From a bacterium (GTDB lineage: Bacteria; Desulfobacterota; DSWW01), in assembly GCA_040756235.1 (NCBI GenBank), contig JBFLZG010000100.1, positions 1 to 53,841 on the forward strand: a DNA stretch of 53,841 bases, written 5' to 3'. The stretch's first letter is position 1; every line of letters starts with the position of its first letter. Both the position numbers and the translations under genes were made by a program. The notes under the pieces are model-generated. The model saw only the letters and a program-made list of their open reading frames with translations, ran no database searches and was not told the DNA's origin. Shown here piece by piece: positions 9,219-18,438 of the stretch.

Positions 9219-10385
9219 ATGCGAGAAGTCTGGATCGTCGGCGTGGGCATGACGCGGTTCGGGAAGCTGAGCACCTACGGGGTCCGCGAGCTGGCCGAGG
9301 AGGCCGTCTTCCATGCCCTGAAGGACGCGGGGGCGAAGCCTGCGGACATCGAGGTCGCCTACTGCGGCACCGAGGCCATGGGGCCCGACACGCCGATGCT
9401 GGTCGGACAGATCGCCCTGGAGCAGATGGGCATCAAGGGGATCCCGATCACCAACGTCGCCAACGCCTGCGGGAGCGGCTCCAATGCGGTGCGGGAGGCG
9501 TGGCTGGCCCTGCAGTCCGGCCTCTATGACGTGGCGCTCGCTCTGGGGGTGGAGAAGCTCACTTCGCCCCACCCGGACATGTTCCAGCTCCTTTCGCGCC
9601 TCGGGGGAGCCGATCTCATGCTCGAGGGGTGCATGGGCTTCTTCCCGCCGGGGGTGTTCTCCATGGCGGCCCTGAAGCACATGGAGCGCTACGGCACAAC
9701 GCGCGAGCAGATCGCGATGGTGGCGGTCAAGAACAACTACAACGGGAGCCTGAACCCCAAGGCCCACTATCAGAAGCCGGTCACGGTCGAAGACGTCCTG
9801 CATTCGAGACCCGTCTCCTACCCTTTGAACGTCCTCGACTGCTGCCCGATCAGCGACGGCGCGGCCGCCGTCGTGCTGTGCGCCGCGGAGGCCGCCAAGC
9901 GGTTCACGGGAGTCCCCGTCCGGATGCGGGCCGCCGCTCATAAGTCGGGCACCTACCGGGATGACACGGATCTTGATGCGGACACCACGCGGCGGGCCGC
10001 CCGCGAGGCCTATGAAATGGCCGGCCTGGGTCCCGACGACATCGACCTGGCCGAAGTCCACGACTGCTTCACCTTTGCCGAGATCCAGCATTACGAGGAC
10101 CTGGGCTTCTGCAAGCCGGGCGAGGGCGGCCGCTTTGTGGAGGAAGGGCACGCGGCGATCGGCGGCAGGATCGCGGTCAACCCGAGCGGCGGGCTGCTGG
10201 CCAAAGGGCACCCGCTCGGCGCCACGGGGCCCGGGCAGGTGAACGAGGTCGTGGAGCAGCTCAGAGGCAGGTGCGGGAAGAGGCAGGTCCCGGACGCGCG
10301 CATCGGCATGACCCACAACGGCGGCGGTTTCCGGCACGGCGACACGGGAATCGTCGTCAGCTTCATCCTGGAAAAGATGAAGTGA
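9219..10385 (+). CDS. SCP2-type thiolase (acyl-CoA acetyltransferase)
   Basis: NACGSG catalytic Cys, DCCPISDGAAA, EVHDCF, NPSGGLLAKGHPLGATG, HNGGG. Confidence 0.93.
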   Translation: MREVWIVGVGMTRFGKLSTYGVRELAEEAVFHALKDAGAKPADIEVAYCGTEAMGPDTPMLVGQIALEQMGIKGIPITNVANACGSGSNAVREAWLALQSGLYDVALALGVEKLTSPHPDMFQLLSRLGGADLMLEGCMGFFPPGVFSMAALKHMERYGTTREQIAMVAVKNNYNGSLNPKAHYQKPVTVEDVLHSRPVSYPLNVLDCCPISDGAAAVVLCAAEAAKRFTGVPVRMRAAAHKSGTYRDDTDLDADTTRRAAREAYEMAGLGPDDIDLAEVHDCFTFAEIQHYEDLGFCKPGEGGRFVEEGHAAIGGRIAVNPSGGLLAKGHPLGATGPGQVNEVVEQLRGRCGKRQVPDARIGMTHNGGGFRHGDTGIVVSFILEKMK

Positions 10386-10405
10386 GGGAGAAGGAGTGAC
10401 CCGAC

Positions 10406-10747
10406 ATGGAGCTGGTTGTCGAGAGCCTGAAATGCACGGGCTGCAGGATCTGCGAGTATGCATGCAACTACCACCATGACATGGACTGCTCGGGCATCGG
10501 CGCCAGCCTGATGCTGCACCGAAACGAGAAGAAGAACTATTTCGGCATGATGGTCAAGGGCGAGCGCAGCCTCCTGCTGGCCAGACCCGAAGGGCCCGAG
10601 GTGGTCGCGCCCGGCGCGCAGGTGGAAGGGGCCGGCGCCAGCAGCAAGCCGATCCTCATGCGGGCGCCGTGCGACCGTTGCGAGGGGGAAGACGAGCCGT
10701 TCTGCGTGAGGGCCTGCCCGACCGGCTGCCTGTCCATGAAGGAGTAG
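10406..10747 (+). CDS. 4Fe-4S ferredoxin-like protein (AOR-associated type)
   Basis: CTGCRICEYAC and CDRC..PFCVRACP. Confidence 0.88.
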   Translation: MELVVESLKCTGCRICEYACNYHHDMDCSGIGASLMLHRNEKKNYFGMMVKGERSLLLARPEGPEVVAPGAQVEGAGASSKPILMRAPCDRCEGEDEPFCVRACPTGCLSMKE

Positions 10748-10921
10748 GGAGGCTGTCCATACATGCCCATCTGCGGAGCCTGTTGCGAGCGAAGCGAAGC
10801 AATCCCCGACGCAATACTGCGGCGGGCGGTTGTGACCGGGGGTTTCCTCGTCGCTCAGCCTCCTCGGAACAGGCCTCAGGATTTCGTGCGCCTTGCATCT
10901 GGACATTTCTGAACAGCCTCC
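10748..10921. mobile_element. MITE-like element A (GGAGGCTGT..ACAGCCTCC) with internal palindromic cargo
   Basis: 9-bp terminal inverted repeats; starts directly after the TAG stop; internal ttgcgagcgaagcgaagcaatcccc and tttcctcgtcgctcag..ctcctcggaacaggcctcag shared with 26704-26879. Confidence 0.75.
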
Positions 10922-11007
10922 TGGAGTCAAATTCTTGAAAAGGCAATAGCCTTGCTGGAGCGCAGATCGCGCGAGCGTGTTGCCCGGGGGCGATAAGGGG
11001 ACGAACG

Positions 11008-12510
11008 ATGGAGCGCGGGAACGTGTACATGGGAAGGATCCTCCGCGTGGATCTGAACGAGGGGAGCTGCGACGCAGACGAGCTCCCCGAGGGTCTCATC
11101 GAGGAGCACGTAGGCGGGGCCGCCATCAATCTGGCTCTTTATGAACGATTCAAGGATCGCGATCCGGTGGTCGTGGGCACCGGTCTCCTCACCGGGACCC
11201 TCGCTCCGGCGAGCTGCGCGGGGACCTTGACCGGCCGAAGCCCGGTCACGGGCCGGGTCTGCCACGTGCCGCTCCTCTGGCAGACGGCGGTGGAGCTGAA
11301 GTACAGCGGGTTCGACTTCATCGTCATCCTGGGCGAGTCACCGAAGCCGGTGCGCCTGTGGCTCCACGACGAGCTGGCCGAGCTCGCCCCGGCCGGCGAC
11401 GTGTGGGGAAAGGACGTCTGGGAGACGGTGGACAAGCTGCGCTTCGAGCACGGGGACGACTACGTTCAGCTCCTCACCATCGGCCCGGCCGGCGAAAAGG
11501 GGAGCCTGCTCGGCCAGGTGTCCGAGAGCTACTGGGGGAGCCGGGACATCTTCGGGCTGGGCGCTCTTCTCGGGAGGAAGAGGCTCAAGGCCGTCGCCAT
11601 GCGCGGGCTGGGCAGCCTCGAAGTTTCCGATGGCTTCTTCGAAGCGTGCGTCGCGCTGAAGGATGCAATCGCCTCAGGCAGAATCGCGGGGAAGCAGGGG
11701 CTCCTTTCCATTCTGCAGGCGACAGGCGCGGCGCCGGAGGGCCTGCAAGCGGTCGAGGCCAGGGTCCACCGGAATGCGGCTTCGCTCAGCTGCGTCTACC
11801 CTTACAACACCTTCGCCATGATCGAGCAGGACCCCAAGCTCCTCAAGGAGACCCCGCACCCGGAGCCCGGTCTTCTCATGACGGACCCGGCCGGGGTGGC
11901 CTCCCTCCTGTTCCTCAAGGAAGGGCTGCCTGCTGTGCTCCGCAGGATCAACCGACTGGGGCTGGAGCCGACGGCCTGCGGGGCGGCCCTGGCCCGGCGC
12001 GGCGTCACGAGCGCGGCAGAGGCCGAGAGCGCGCTGGCCGCCTTTGCGGCAGAAGGATTCTCACTGGAAGCAGACGGCGTGGAGAGCGTCTACGGGGCCG
12101 CTCCCTGGCCGTTCTCCGCGAGCCCGGAAGCGCGCCTGCTCCAGGCCGCCTCGATCTTCAGTCACTCGCTGCCGCCGCAGCCCGTCTTCGGCTCGTGGGA
12201 AGAGTTCGGCGCGCCTGCGGGCGCCGAAGGGAGGGCGCGCTGGTGGCTCGAGCGGCAGGCCTGCTGCCTCATCCTGGGCATCTGCCCGCTCTCGGCGCTG
12301 CTTTCGCCGGAGCTGAGCCTCGAACAGATGGCCGGTCTGGCGGCAAAGGCCAGCCAGTGGGAGGCCCTCACGCCGGACCTCCTCCGGGAGAAGGCGCGGG
12401 AGCTCGTCAGGCAGAGCGCCGCCCTCGCGGAACCGAGGGGAAGCCTCCCCTCCGCATGGCAAGGCGCGGATCTGGAAACGTCCTTGAAGGCGATCGTTCA
12501 GGGGCCGTGA
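11008..12510 (+). CDS. Aldehyde:ferredoxin oxidoreductase (AOR/WOR)-family protein, degenerate
   Basis: YMGRILRVDL, TGLLTGT, SPVTG, LKYSGFDFIVILG, WGKDVWET, IGPAGE, LGALLGRKRLKAV, LGICP; several cofactor motifs altered. Confidence 0.85.
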   Translation: MERGNVYMGRILRVDLNEGSCDADELPEGLIEEHVGGAAINLALYERFKDRDPVVVGTGLLTGTLAPASCAGTLTGRSPVTGRVCHVPLLWQTAVELKYSGFDFIVILGESPKPVRLWLHDELAELAPAGDVWGKDVWETVDKLRFEHGDDYVQLLTIGPAGEKGSLLGQVSESYWGSRDIFGLGALLGRKRLKAVAMRGLGSLEVSDGFFEACVALKDAIASGRIAGKQGLLSILQATGAAPEGLQAVEARVHRNAASLSCVYPYNTFAMIEQDPKLLKETPHPEPGLLMTDPAGVASLLFLKEGLPAVLRRINRLGLEPTACGAALARRGVTSAAEAESALAAFAAEGFSLEADGVESVYGAAPWPFSASPEARLLQAASIFSHSLPPQPVFGSWEEFGAPAGAEGRARWWLERQACCLILGICPLSALLSPELSLEQMAGLAAKASQWEALTPDLLREKARELVRQSAALAEPRGSLPSAWQGADLETSLKAIVQGP

Positions 12511-12511
12511 C

Positions 12512-13831
12512 ATGGCGCGGCAGCCCCTTGCTCGCAGCGCCCGGATGCCGCGAGCCGGCCGCGGGCAAGGCCCTGAGACCGGAGAGCCCGCAAGCAGCGC
12601 AAGCATCATGCAGGAATGGGCCCATCGGCTGCGGATCGGGATCTATGTCGGGGAGGGGGCTTCCCACTCCTGGACCTGGTTCGTCGACCTCCTCGAACGC
12701 TTCTCTTACTCACGGATTCGCTTTCTCTCGGAAGAGGACTTCGGTCGCGCCCTGCCTTGCCTGGACGTGCTCATGCTTTCCGGAGGCGACACCTTTGCCG
12801 TGGCCCGCGCCCTGGAGCGCTCGGGGCCGGAGGCGCTCAGGTCTTTCCTCGAGAGGGGCGGTCTGTACATCGGGTCCTGCGCGGGGGCCTACCTTCCGCT
12901 CCACTCCTCCAAGGACCACCTCCGTTCCTTCAACTTCGTACGGGGCAGGATCAACAACCTGAGCCGGGACCTGCCGCAGGCCCTTGCCCTTCCGGCGAAG
13001 CTCTCGACGAGCTACGGGTGCGCCTACGTGATCCACCCGGTGCGGGAAGAGGTCGTGGTCCGCATGTCGGAGGGGTTCCCGGTCTGGGGCGGGAAAGATG
13101 TCCGGGTCCCTCTCTACGGAGGGCCTCCTCTCAGGCCTTCGGACGACTTCGTGCCTTTCGCCTTTTACAGCGGCTTCACGGACCGGACCCTTTTTCTCAC
13201 GGAGCGCGAGCTCGCCGGCCGCGTCTATCTCGGGCAGGTGGCGGCCTGCGAGAAGGCGATCGGAGACGGCAGGATGGTGCTCCTCGGACCGCATTTCGAG
13301 CACCCCGGGTTCCCGGAAGGGAATGCGATCGTGGACGAGTGGATGCGATGGCACGTGGCCCGCTCGCGCCCGAGGCGCCCGGCCGGGGCCGACGGCACGG
13401 CCGAAACAGACGGAGCGTCCGGCCGGAGCGAGGCCCGGCTCACCGCGCGGGCCCTGGACGCACTGAAGAAAGAAGTGAGCAATATGAGGATCCGCGCCGC
13501 CGCGCTGGCCCGTGAGGAGATCTCGTGGCAGATCGGCGCAAAGGTCTACGAGCCGGAAAAGATGCTGCATTTCGTGGAGGCCGTCTGGACGCGCCTCGCC
13601 CCCTTGAAGCCGCGCAACGGAGGCGGCCCGGTCCGGGAGCATGAGACCGGAGATCGCCTGCTGGATCTGGCAGCCTCTTGTCACGCCGGGGTCAGGGACC
13701 TCTCGGCCAGGATCACCGGCGGCGAAGAGACACGGGATTCGGCCGAAGCCGTGCTGTGCGGGCTCAGAAGGTTTACGGCCGCTTTCCTCGAGTGCTACTT
13801 CTCATTCATGACCAACCGAGGGTTTCGATGA
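12512..13831 (+). CDS. BPL_N-type class I glutamine-amidotransferase-like protein
   Basis: IGIYVGEG, LSGGD, GGLYIGSCAGAY (nucleophile elbow), GPHFE; true start may be ~12608. Confidence 0.75.
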   Translation: MARQPLARSARMPRAGRGQGPETGEPASSASIMQEWAHRLRIGIYVGEGASHSWTWFVDLLERFSYSRIRFLSEEDFGRALPCLDVLMLSGGDTFAVARALERSGPEALRSFLERGGLYIGSCAGAYLPLHSSKDHLRSFNFVRGRINNLSRDLPQALALPAKLSTSYGCAYVIHPVREEVVVRMSEGFPVWGGKDVRVPLYGGPPLRPSDDFVPFAFYSGFTDRTLFLTERELAGRVYLGQVAACEKAIGDGRMVLLGPHFEHPGFPEGNAIVDEWMRWHVARSRPRRPAGADGTAETDGASGRSEARLTARALDALKKEVSNMRIRAAALAREEISWQIGAKVYEPEKMLHFVEAVWTRLAPLKPRNGGGPVREHETGDRLLDLAASCHAGVRDLSARITGGEETRDSAEAVLCGLRRFTAAFLECYFSFMTNRGFR

Positions 13832-14469
13832 AGGCCAGGGCTGCCGAGCAGGAAACGGGCACGGGCGCAGGGCCGGGCCAGAGTCGTCCGGTCCGCTGGG
13901 CCATGCTCGTGGACGCGCGGCGATGCATCGGGTGCCAGAGCTGCGCGGTCGCCTGCAAGCGCGAGAACGACGTTCCCCTGGGGGTGTTCCGCACCTGGGT
14001 CAAGACCGTGGAGACGGGCCGGTTCCCGAACGTGAAGCGGGGCCATTTGCCGATCAACTGCAACCAGTGCGAGAGGCCGGTGTGCGTCGAGGTCTGCCCG
14101 GTCAAGGCGACCTATCAGCGACCGGACGGGATCGTGCTGGTCGACCCGCACCGCTGCATCGGCTGCCAGTACTGCAAGGCGGCCTGCCCGTACGAGGTGC
14201 GGCACCTGGATCCGCTGAGAAAAATCATTTCCAAGTGCTTCTTTTGCCATCACCGGCTGGACGCGGGCGGTCTTCCGGCCTGTGTCGAAGCGTGTCCGAC
14301 CGGAGCGCGCCGGGTGGGCAACCTCATGGACCCGGAGGACCCGGTTTCCGTGTTCCTGGGCAGGGTCGCGGTGGAGGTGCTCCTGCCGGAGCACGGCACC
14401 GATCCCAAGGTCTTCTACGCGGGCCTGGACGAGGCGTGGGTCGCCGCAAGGGGCGGGAGGGAACCGTGA
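13828..14469 (+). CDS. NrfC/PsrB/DmsB-type four-cluster Fe-S subunit
   Basis: CIGCQSCAVAC, CNQCERPVCVEVCP, CIGCQYCKAACP, KCFFC..PACVEACP, GTDPKVFY; ATGA overlap with upstream gene. Confidence 0.92.
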   Translation: MKARAAEQETGTGAGPGQSRPVRWAMLVDARRCIGCQSCAVACKRENDVPLGVFRTWVKTVETGRFPNVKRGHLPINCNQCERPVCVEVCPVKATYQRPDGIVLVDPHRCIGCQYCKAACPYEVRHLDPLRKIISKCFFCHHRLDAGGLPACVEACPTGARRVGNLMDPEDPVSVFLGRVAVEVLLPEHGTDPKVFYAGLDEAWVAARGGREP

Positions 14470-15371
14470 GCCCGGTCGTCATCTACGACGTGCCCCACCA
14501 GGAATCGTTCGGCGCCCTCATCGCCCTCTACATCTTCTTCACGGGCCTGAGCGCCGGCTCCTTCTTCGTCTCGACCCTCTCCTACGGGTTCGGCCTGAAG
14601 CAGTACCGGGGGTTTTCGAAGCCCGCGATCGTCACGGCCACGCTGATGCTGGTCGCGGCGCCCCTGTTCCTGCTCGTCCACGTGGGCCAGCCCCTGCGGG
14701 CCTGGCACCTGTTTTGGTTTCTCAACCCGGGCTCGCCGATCACCTGGGGGTCTTTCCTGCTTACCACGTATCCGCTCTTTTGCGTGATCTACGGTGCGTC
14801 CGTTTTTCTCGGCAGGGACCGGGCCGCCAGGAGCTGGGGGCTCGCGGGGATCCCCTTTGCGGTCGCCGTGCACGGCTACACCGGGTTCATTCTTTCCTTT
14901 TGCGCGAGCCGGCCGCTGTGGCACTCGTCCATGGTGCCGCTCTTGTTCCTGGTCTCGGCGGTTGTGTCGGGCACGGCGCTCATGATCCTCATCTTTGCGG
15001 CGCTGCGAAAGCTCGAGGGACAGGATCTGGGAGAGGCTTCGGCCACGGGTAGCCTCATCCTCTCCCTGGGAAGGATCCTGGGGTGGATCCTTCTCGTCGA
15101 CCTCATGCTGACCGGAGCCGAGATGCTGGTGGGCTCGGCCTCGGGAGGGGAGGGCCGCCGGGCGGTCGGTGTCCTCTTGCAGGGCGATCTGGCGGGGCGG
15201 TTCGTGGGCGTGGAGATGGTCCTGGGAAAGCTGCTGCCGCTGCCGCTCCTGCTCTCGGGCCGGCTGCGGCGGGTATGGACCGTTCTCGCGGCGAGCTTGC
15301 TCATCGTGGTCGGCATCCTTTTCATGCGGCTGGATCTGGTGGCCGTGGGAGAGTTCTTCCCTCTGTTGTGA
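14466..15371 (+). CDS. NrfD/PsrC-type quinone-interacting membrane subunit
   Basis: IALYIFFTGLSAG, HVGQPLR, SPITWGSFLL, HGYTGFIL, RPLWHS..PLLFLVSA; multiple hydrophobic helices; GTG start overlaps upstream TGA. Confidence 0.9.
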   Translation: MSPVVIYDVPHQESFGALIALYIFFTGLSAGSFFVSTLSYGFGLKQYRGFSKPAIVTATLMLVAAPLFLLVHVGQPLRAWHLFWFLNPGSPITWGSFLLTTYPLFCVIYGASVFLGRDRAARSWGLAGIPFAVAVHGYTGFILSFCASRPLWHSSMVPLLFLVSAVVSGTALMILIFAALRKLEGQDLGEASATGSLILSLGRILGWILLVDLMLTGAEMLVGSASGGEGRRAVGVLLQGDLAGRFVGVEMVLGKLLPLPLLLSGRLRRVWTVLAASLLIVVGILFMRLDLVAVGEFFPLL

Positions 15372-15426
15372 ATCGAGGACACGAGGACTCCTGTCGCCGC
15401 TGGCCGGAGGGGCTGGTTCGATTTTT

Positions 15427-15526
15427 CCTTCTCCCCTCGCCGAGGGGAGAAGGCCAGGATGAGGGGTGAATCCTCCACGATTTCCCCTCACCCCGCCCCT
15501 CCCCCCCGAGGAGCGGGGGAGAGGGA
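15427..15526. repeat. CCCTC(A)CCC-type palindromic repeat doublet
   Basis: 15427-15466 is the reverse complement of 41-80 (1 mismatch); oppositely oriented second unit cccctcaccccgcccctccccccc..gggggagaggg at 15484-15526. Confidence 0.85.
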
Positions 15527-15553
15527 GTTTTTAGAGAAGAAGAAGAAGACATC

Positions 15554-17758
15554 ATGGCAGGGCTGACCCGTCGCACACTTCTGAAGGCCGGGCTGGCAGG
15601 GCTCTCGTCCTTTGCCCTGTGGCCGCCCTCTCCGTTGTCGAGGCAGGAGGCGGCCGCGCTCTGCAGCCAGCGCGTCTCCCTTTACACGGGCAGGGTCTCC
15701 GGCGGGATCCCGACCACGTGCGGCCTGTGTGGGGCCGGCTGCGGCCTTCTCGCCTTTGTAGAAGAGGGCGGGCTCGTCGGGCTTGCGGGCCATCCGAGCC
15801 ATCCCTACAACCGCGGGTCGTTGTGCTGCATCGGCTCGGCCGGGATGAACCTGCAAACGAGCACCCGGAGGATCCTCAAGCCCCTTCGGAGGAGAGGGGG
15901 CCGGGGCGAAGGCAGCTGGGAAGAGATCGGCTGGGAGGAGGCGCTCGAGGAGCTCGCAACGCAGTTTGAGAACGTGCGTGCAGGCACCGGTGGAAGGTCC
16001 CTGGTGATCGCGGTGCCGGGGAGAGAGGATTCGCATCTGTCCCGGCGTTTTCTGAAAGCCCTGGGGAACGGAATCCTTGCGCAGACCGATGGGTGGGACC
16101 GGCCGGCCGAGGCGCAGGTATGGTCGTCCTTTGCCGGCGGGGTCGCGGCAGCTCCGGATCTGGCGAACGCCTCGCTCGTGCTCAACTTCGGGGCCGACCC
16201 TCTGGGCAGCCCGCGCCGGCTCGTGGGTGCAGGGAGACAGTGGGCCGAGGCGGCGGCGCGGGGCAGCCGGTGGACGACCCTGGACCCGCGGCTCTCGGCG
16301 ACGGCTGCCCGGAGCGAGCGCTGGATCCCCCTGCGTCCCGGGACGGACGGCTTTGTGGCTCTGGCGATCGCAAACGAGATCCTGCGAAGAGGATGGGCCG
16401 ACAGAGCCTTTCTGGAGGCGCAGACCGACGGGAGCCTGGAAACGCTGCGAAGGGTGCTTTCCGCATGGCCTTGCGCCAGGGTCGCCTCGCTCGCCGGGGT
16501 GCCGTCTTCCACGATCGAGACGATGGCTGCAGAGTTTGCCGGCGCAGAGAGAGCCGTCGCGATATTCGGTAGCGGCGTGACCTCCAGGGCAGGAGGCGTG
16601 GAATCGGCCCGGGCGGTTCTGCTCTTGGACTTACTGACCGGAAGGATGGGGAAGAAGGGCGGTCTGTGGGTGCCCGCCCGGTTCCGGTGGCAGGAGCCGG
16701 ACCCGGCGCTTCCGGAGAGGCAGGTCCCGATCCTGGCCGGAACGCTCGCACCGGATATCGAAGGCGGGAAGGTCAAGGTAGGGTGTCTGCTGAGCTTGCA
16801 GGCCGACCCCGCAGGCCAGGATCCGGGGGGGCGGAGAACGGCGGAGGTGCTCAGGAGCCCCGAGAGGGTTCCTTACCATGCGGCCCTGGCGAGCTCGTGG
16901 AACGAGACGGCCCGCCTGGCGGACCTCGTGCTGCCTTCCGCGACGTACCTCGAGTCCTGGGGCATCGCGGTGCGATCCGACTTCGAGCCGGGCCGGATCC
17001 TGGTGAGCCTCAGGCAGCCCGTGCTCGATCCGCCGGAAGGGGCCCGGAGCCCGGACGGGCTCCTGCTCGAGCTTGCGGGGCGCTTGGGCGGCGGGCTCGC
17101 GGAGGCTTTCCCATTAGCTCATCCGGGAGAGTACTACCGATTGCTCCTCTCGCAGACCTTCGGGGATCGCGAGGACCTCGCCTGGGAGGCGTTGCGAGCC
17201 CGGGGATTCGCGCTCGTGGACACGGGCCCGGTCGGCCCGTCGGCCGGCCGGGAGCATCCCGGCCTGTTGCGGATCGGCCCCACGATGGAGCAGGCAGCCG
17301 CTCGTCTGGCGCATCTCTACAATGAAAAGGCCCGAGGGGAAAGGCCGGGGAAGACGCTGATCCTTTTCAGCGCCGCGCCCCGCGGGAATGATGTCCCATG
17401 TTCGAAGTGGCTCTCCGAGATCGATCACGCCGACCCGCTCTGGGTTCATCCGTCCGCCGCCCATGAGCTCGGGTGCGGCGAGGGAGACCGGGTCACGGTT
17501 ACGGGGCCCGGAGGCGAGATCGTCACGCGGGTGCGGCTGACCGAAGGGATCCACCCCGAAGCCGTGGCCATGGCCTCGTCGCCGCTTCCGGAGCCAGACG
17601 ATCTCAGCGAGGAAGACCCGGACCGGAAGCTCGTCTGGTGGAAGGGCAAGAGCTACCATGCCCGGGCACGATCGCTCGTCGCGTGGCCGGCGGATCCGGA
17701 GCAGGCGGCGCCCGGCTGGATGGACACCTTGGTGACGATCAAAAGAGACGGCCAGTGA
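15554..17758 (+). CDS. Tat-exported molybdopterin-oxidoreductase-family subunit (Psr/Ttr/Arr or QrcB/ActB-like)
   Basis: TRRTLLK Tat motif; CGLCGAGC..HPYNRGSLC FS0 cluster; DPRLSATA..WIPLRPGTDG; NETARLADLVLPSATYLE; WLSEI..LWVHP. Confidence 0.88.
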   Translation: MAGLTRRTLLKAGLAGLSSFALWPPSPLSRQEAAALCSQRVSLYTGRVSGGIPTTCGLCGAGCGLLAFVEEGGLVGLAGHPSHPYNRGSLCCIGSAGMNLQTSTRRILKPLRRRGGRGEGSWEEIGWEEALEELATQFENVRAGTGGRSLVIAVPGREDSHLSRRFLKALGNGILAQTDGWDRPAEAQVWSSFAGGVAAAPDLANASLVLNFGADPLGSPRRLVGAGRQWAEAAARGSRWTTLDPRLSATAARSERWIPLRPGTDGFVALAIANEILRRGWADRAFLEAQTDGSLETLRRVLSAWPCARVASLAGVPSSTIETMAAEFAGAERAVAIFGSGVTSRAGGVESARAVLLLDLLTGRMGKKGGLWVPARFRWQEPDPALPERQVPILAGTLAPDIEGGKVKVGCLLSLQADPAGQDPGGRRTAEVLRSPERVPYHAALASSWNETARLADLVLPSATYLESWGIAVRSDFEPGRILVSLRQPVLDPPEGARSPDGLLLELAGRLGGGLAEAFPLAHPGEYYRLLLSQTFGDREDLAWEALRARGFALVDTGPVGPSAGREHPGLLRIGPTMEQAAARLAHLYNEKARGERPGKTLILFSAAPRGNDVPCSKWLSEIDHADPLWVHPSAAHELGCGEGDRVTVTGPGGEIVTRVRLTEGIHPEAVAMASSPLPEPDDLSEEDPDRKLVWWKGKSYHARARSLVAWPADPEQAAPGWMDTLVTIKRDGQ

Positions 17759-17777
17759 AGCCCAACGGTGAAGGCTT

Positions 17778-18431
17778 ATGAACGGTGAGAAGACGGAAAC
17801 GCCGGAGCAGGCGCGCTCGGACCGTAGCCGGACCATGCGGTTCCTCGTCTTCTGGCTCGTCCTGGCCGGTGCCCTCTTGGGGGGGAACTTCCTCTACGGC
17901 CTGGTCGGCTACACGCGCAGCGATCGAGGACAGTGTCTGAGCTGCCACGAGAGTACGGGGCCTGCCCGCATGTGGGCGCTCTCGGCCCGGCACAGCGAGG
18001 GGCTTGCCTGTGTCCAGTGCCACGGCGCGCCGCCGGCTCGAGAGGGACGCCGCGGCGCCTTCTCGGCTAAAGCCGACGTGGTCAATCCGAACTGCGTGGG
18101 GTGCCATCCGCGCGTCCTTACGGCTGCCCCGATCGGCAAGGCGGCTGAGGTCAAGCTCGGAGCGCAAGGAGACGAGAACGGGGGCGGACGCATCTACCGG
18201 TGGAAACTGGAAGATCTCATGTCCACGTGGCACCTCGATAAGAAGGTTTCTCTCTGTACCGATTGCCACCGGAACGTGGCGCACGAGAAGGCTCCGGATG
18301 CGAAGGCGCCCAATCGTCCGAAGCTCGCGTACTGCGGCGAGTGCCACTACCATGCCGCCAAGGATGATTATGTGAAGGCTCGGCCCGTGCCGGTGATCGA
18401 GATCGTGGAAGTCCGTGCGGCCGGGGAGTGA
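17778..18431 (+). CDS. Membrane-anchored pentaheme cytochrome c
   Basis: N-terminal hydrophobic helix; five CxxCH: CLSCH, CVQCH, CVGCH, CTDCH, CGECH. Confidence 0.9.
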   Translation: MNGEKTETPEQARSDRSRTMRFLVFWLVLAGALLGGNFLYGLVGYTRSDRGQCLSCHESTGPARMWALSARHSEGLACVQCHGAPPAREGRRGAFSAKADVVNPNCVGCHPRVLTAAPIGKAAEVKLGAQGDENGGGRIYRWKLEDLMSTWHLDKKVSLCTDCHRNVAHEKAPDAKAPNRPKLAYCGECHYHAAKDDYVKARPVPVIEIVEVRAAGE

Positions 18432-18438
18432 GGACGCC

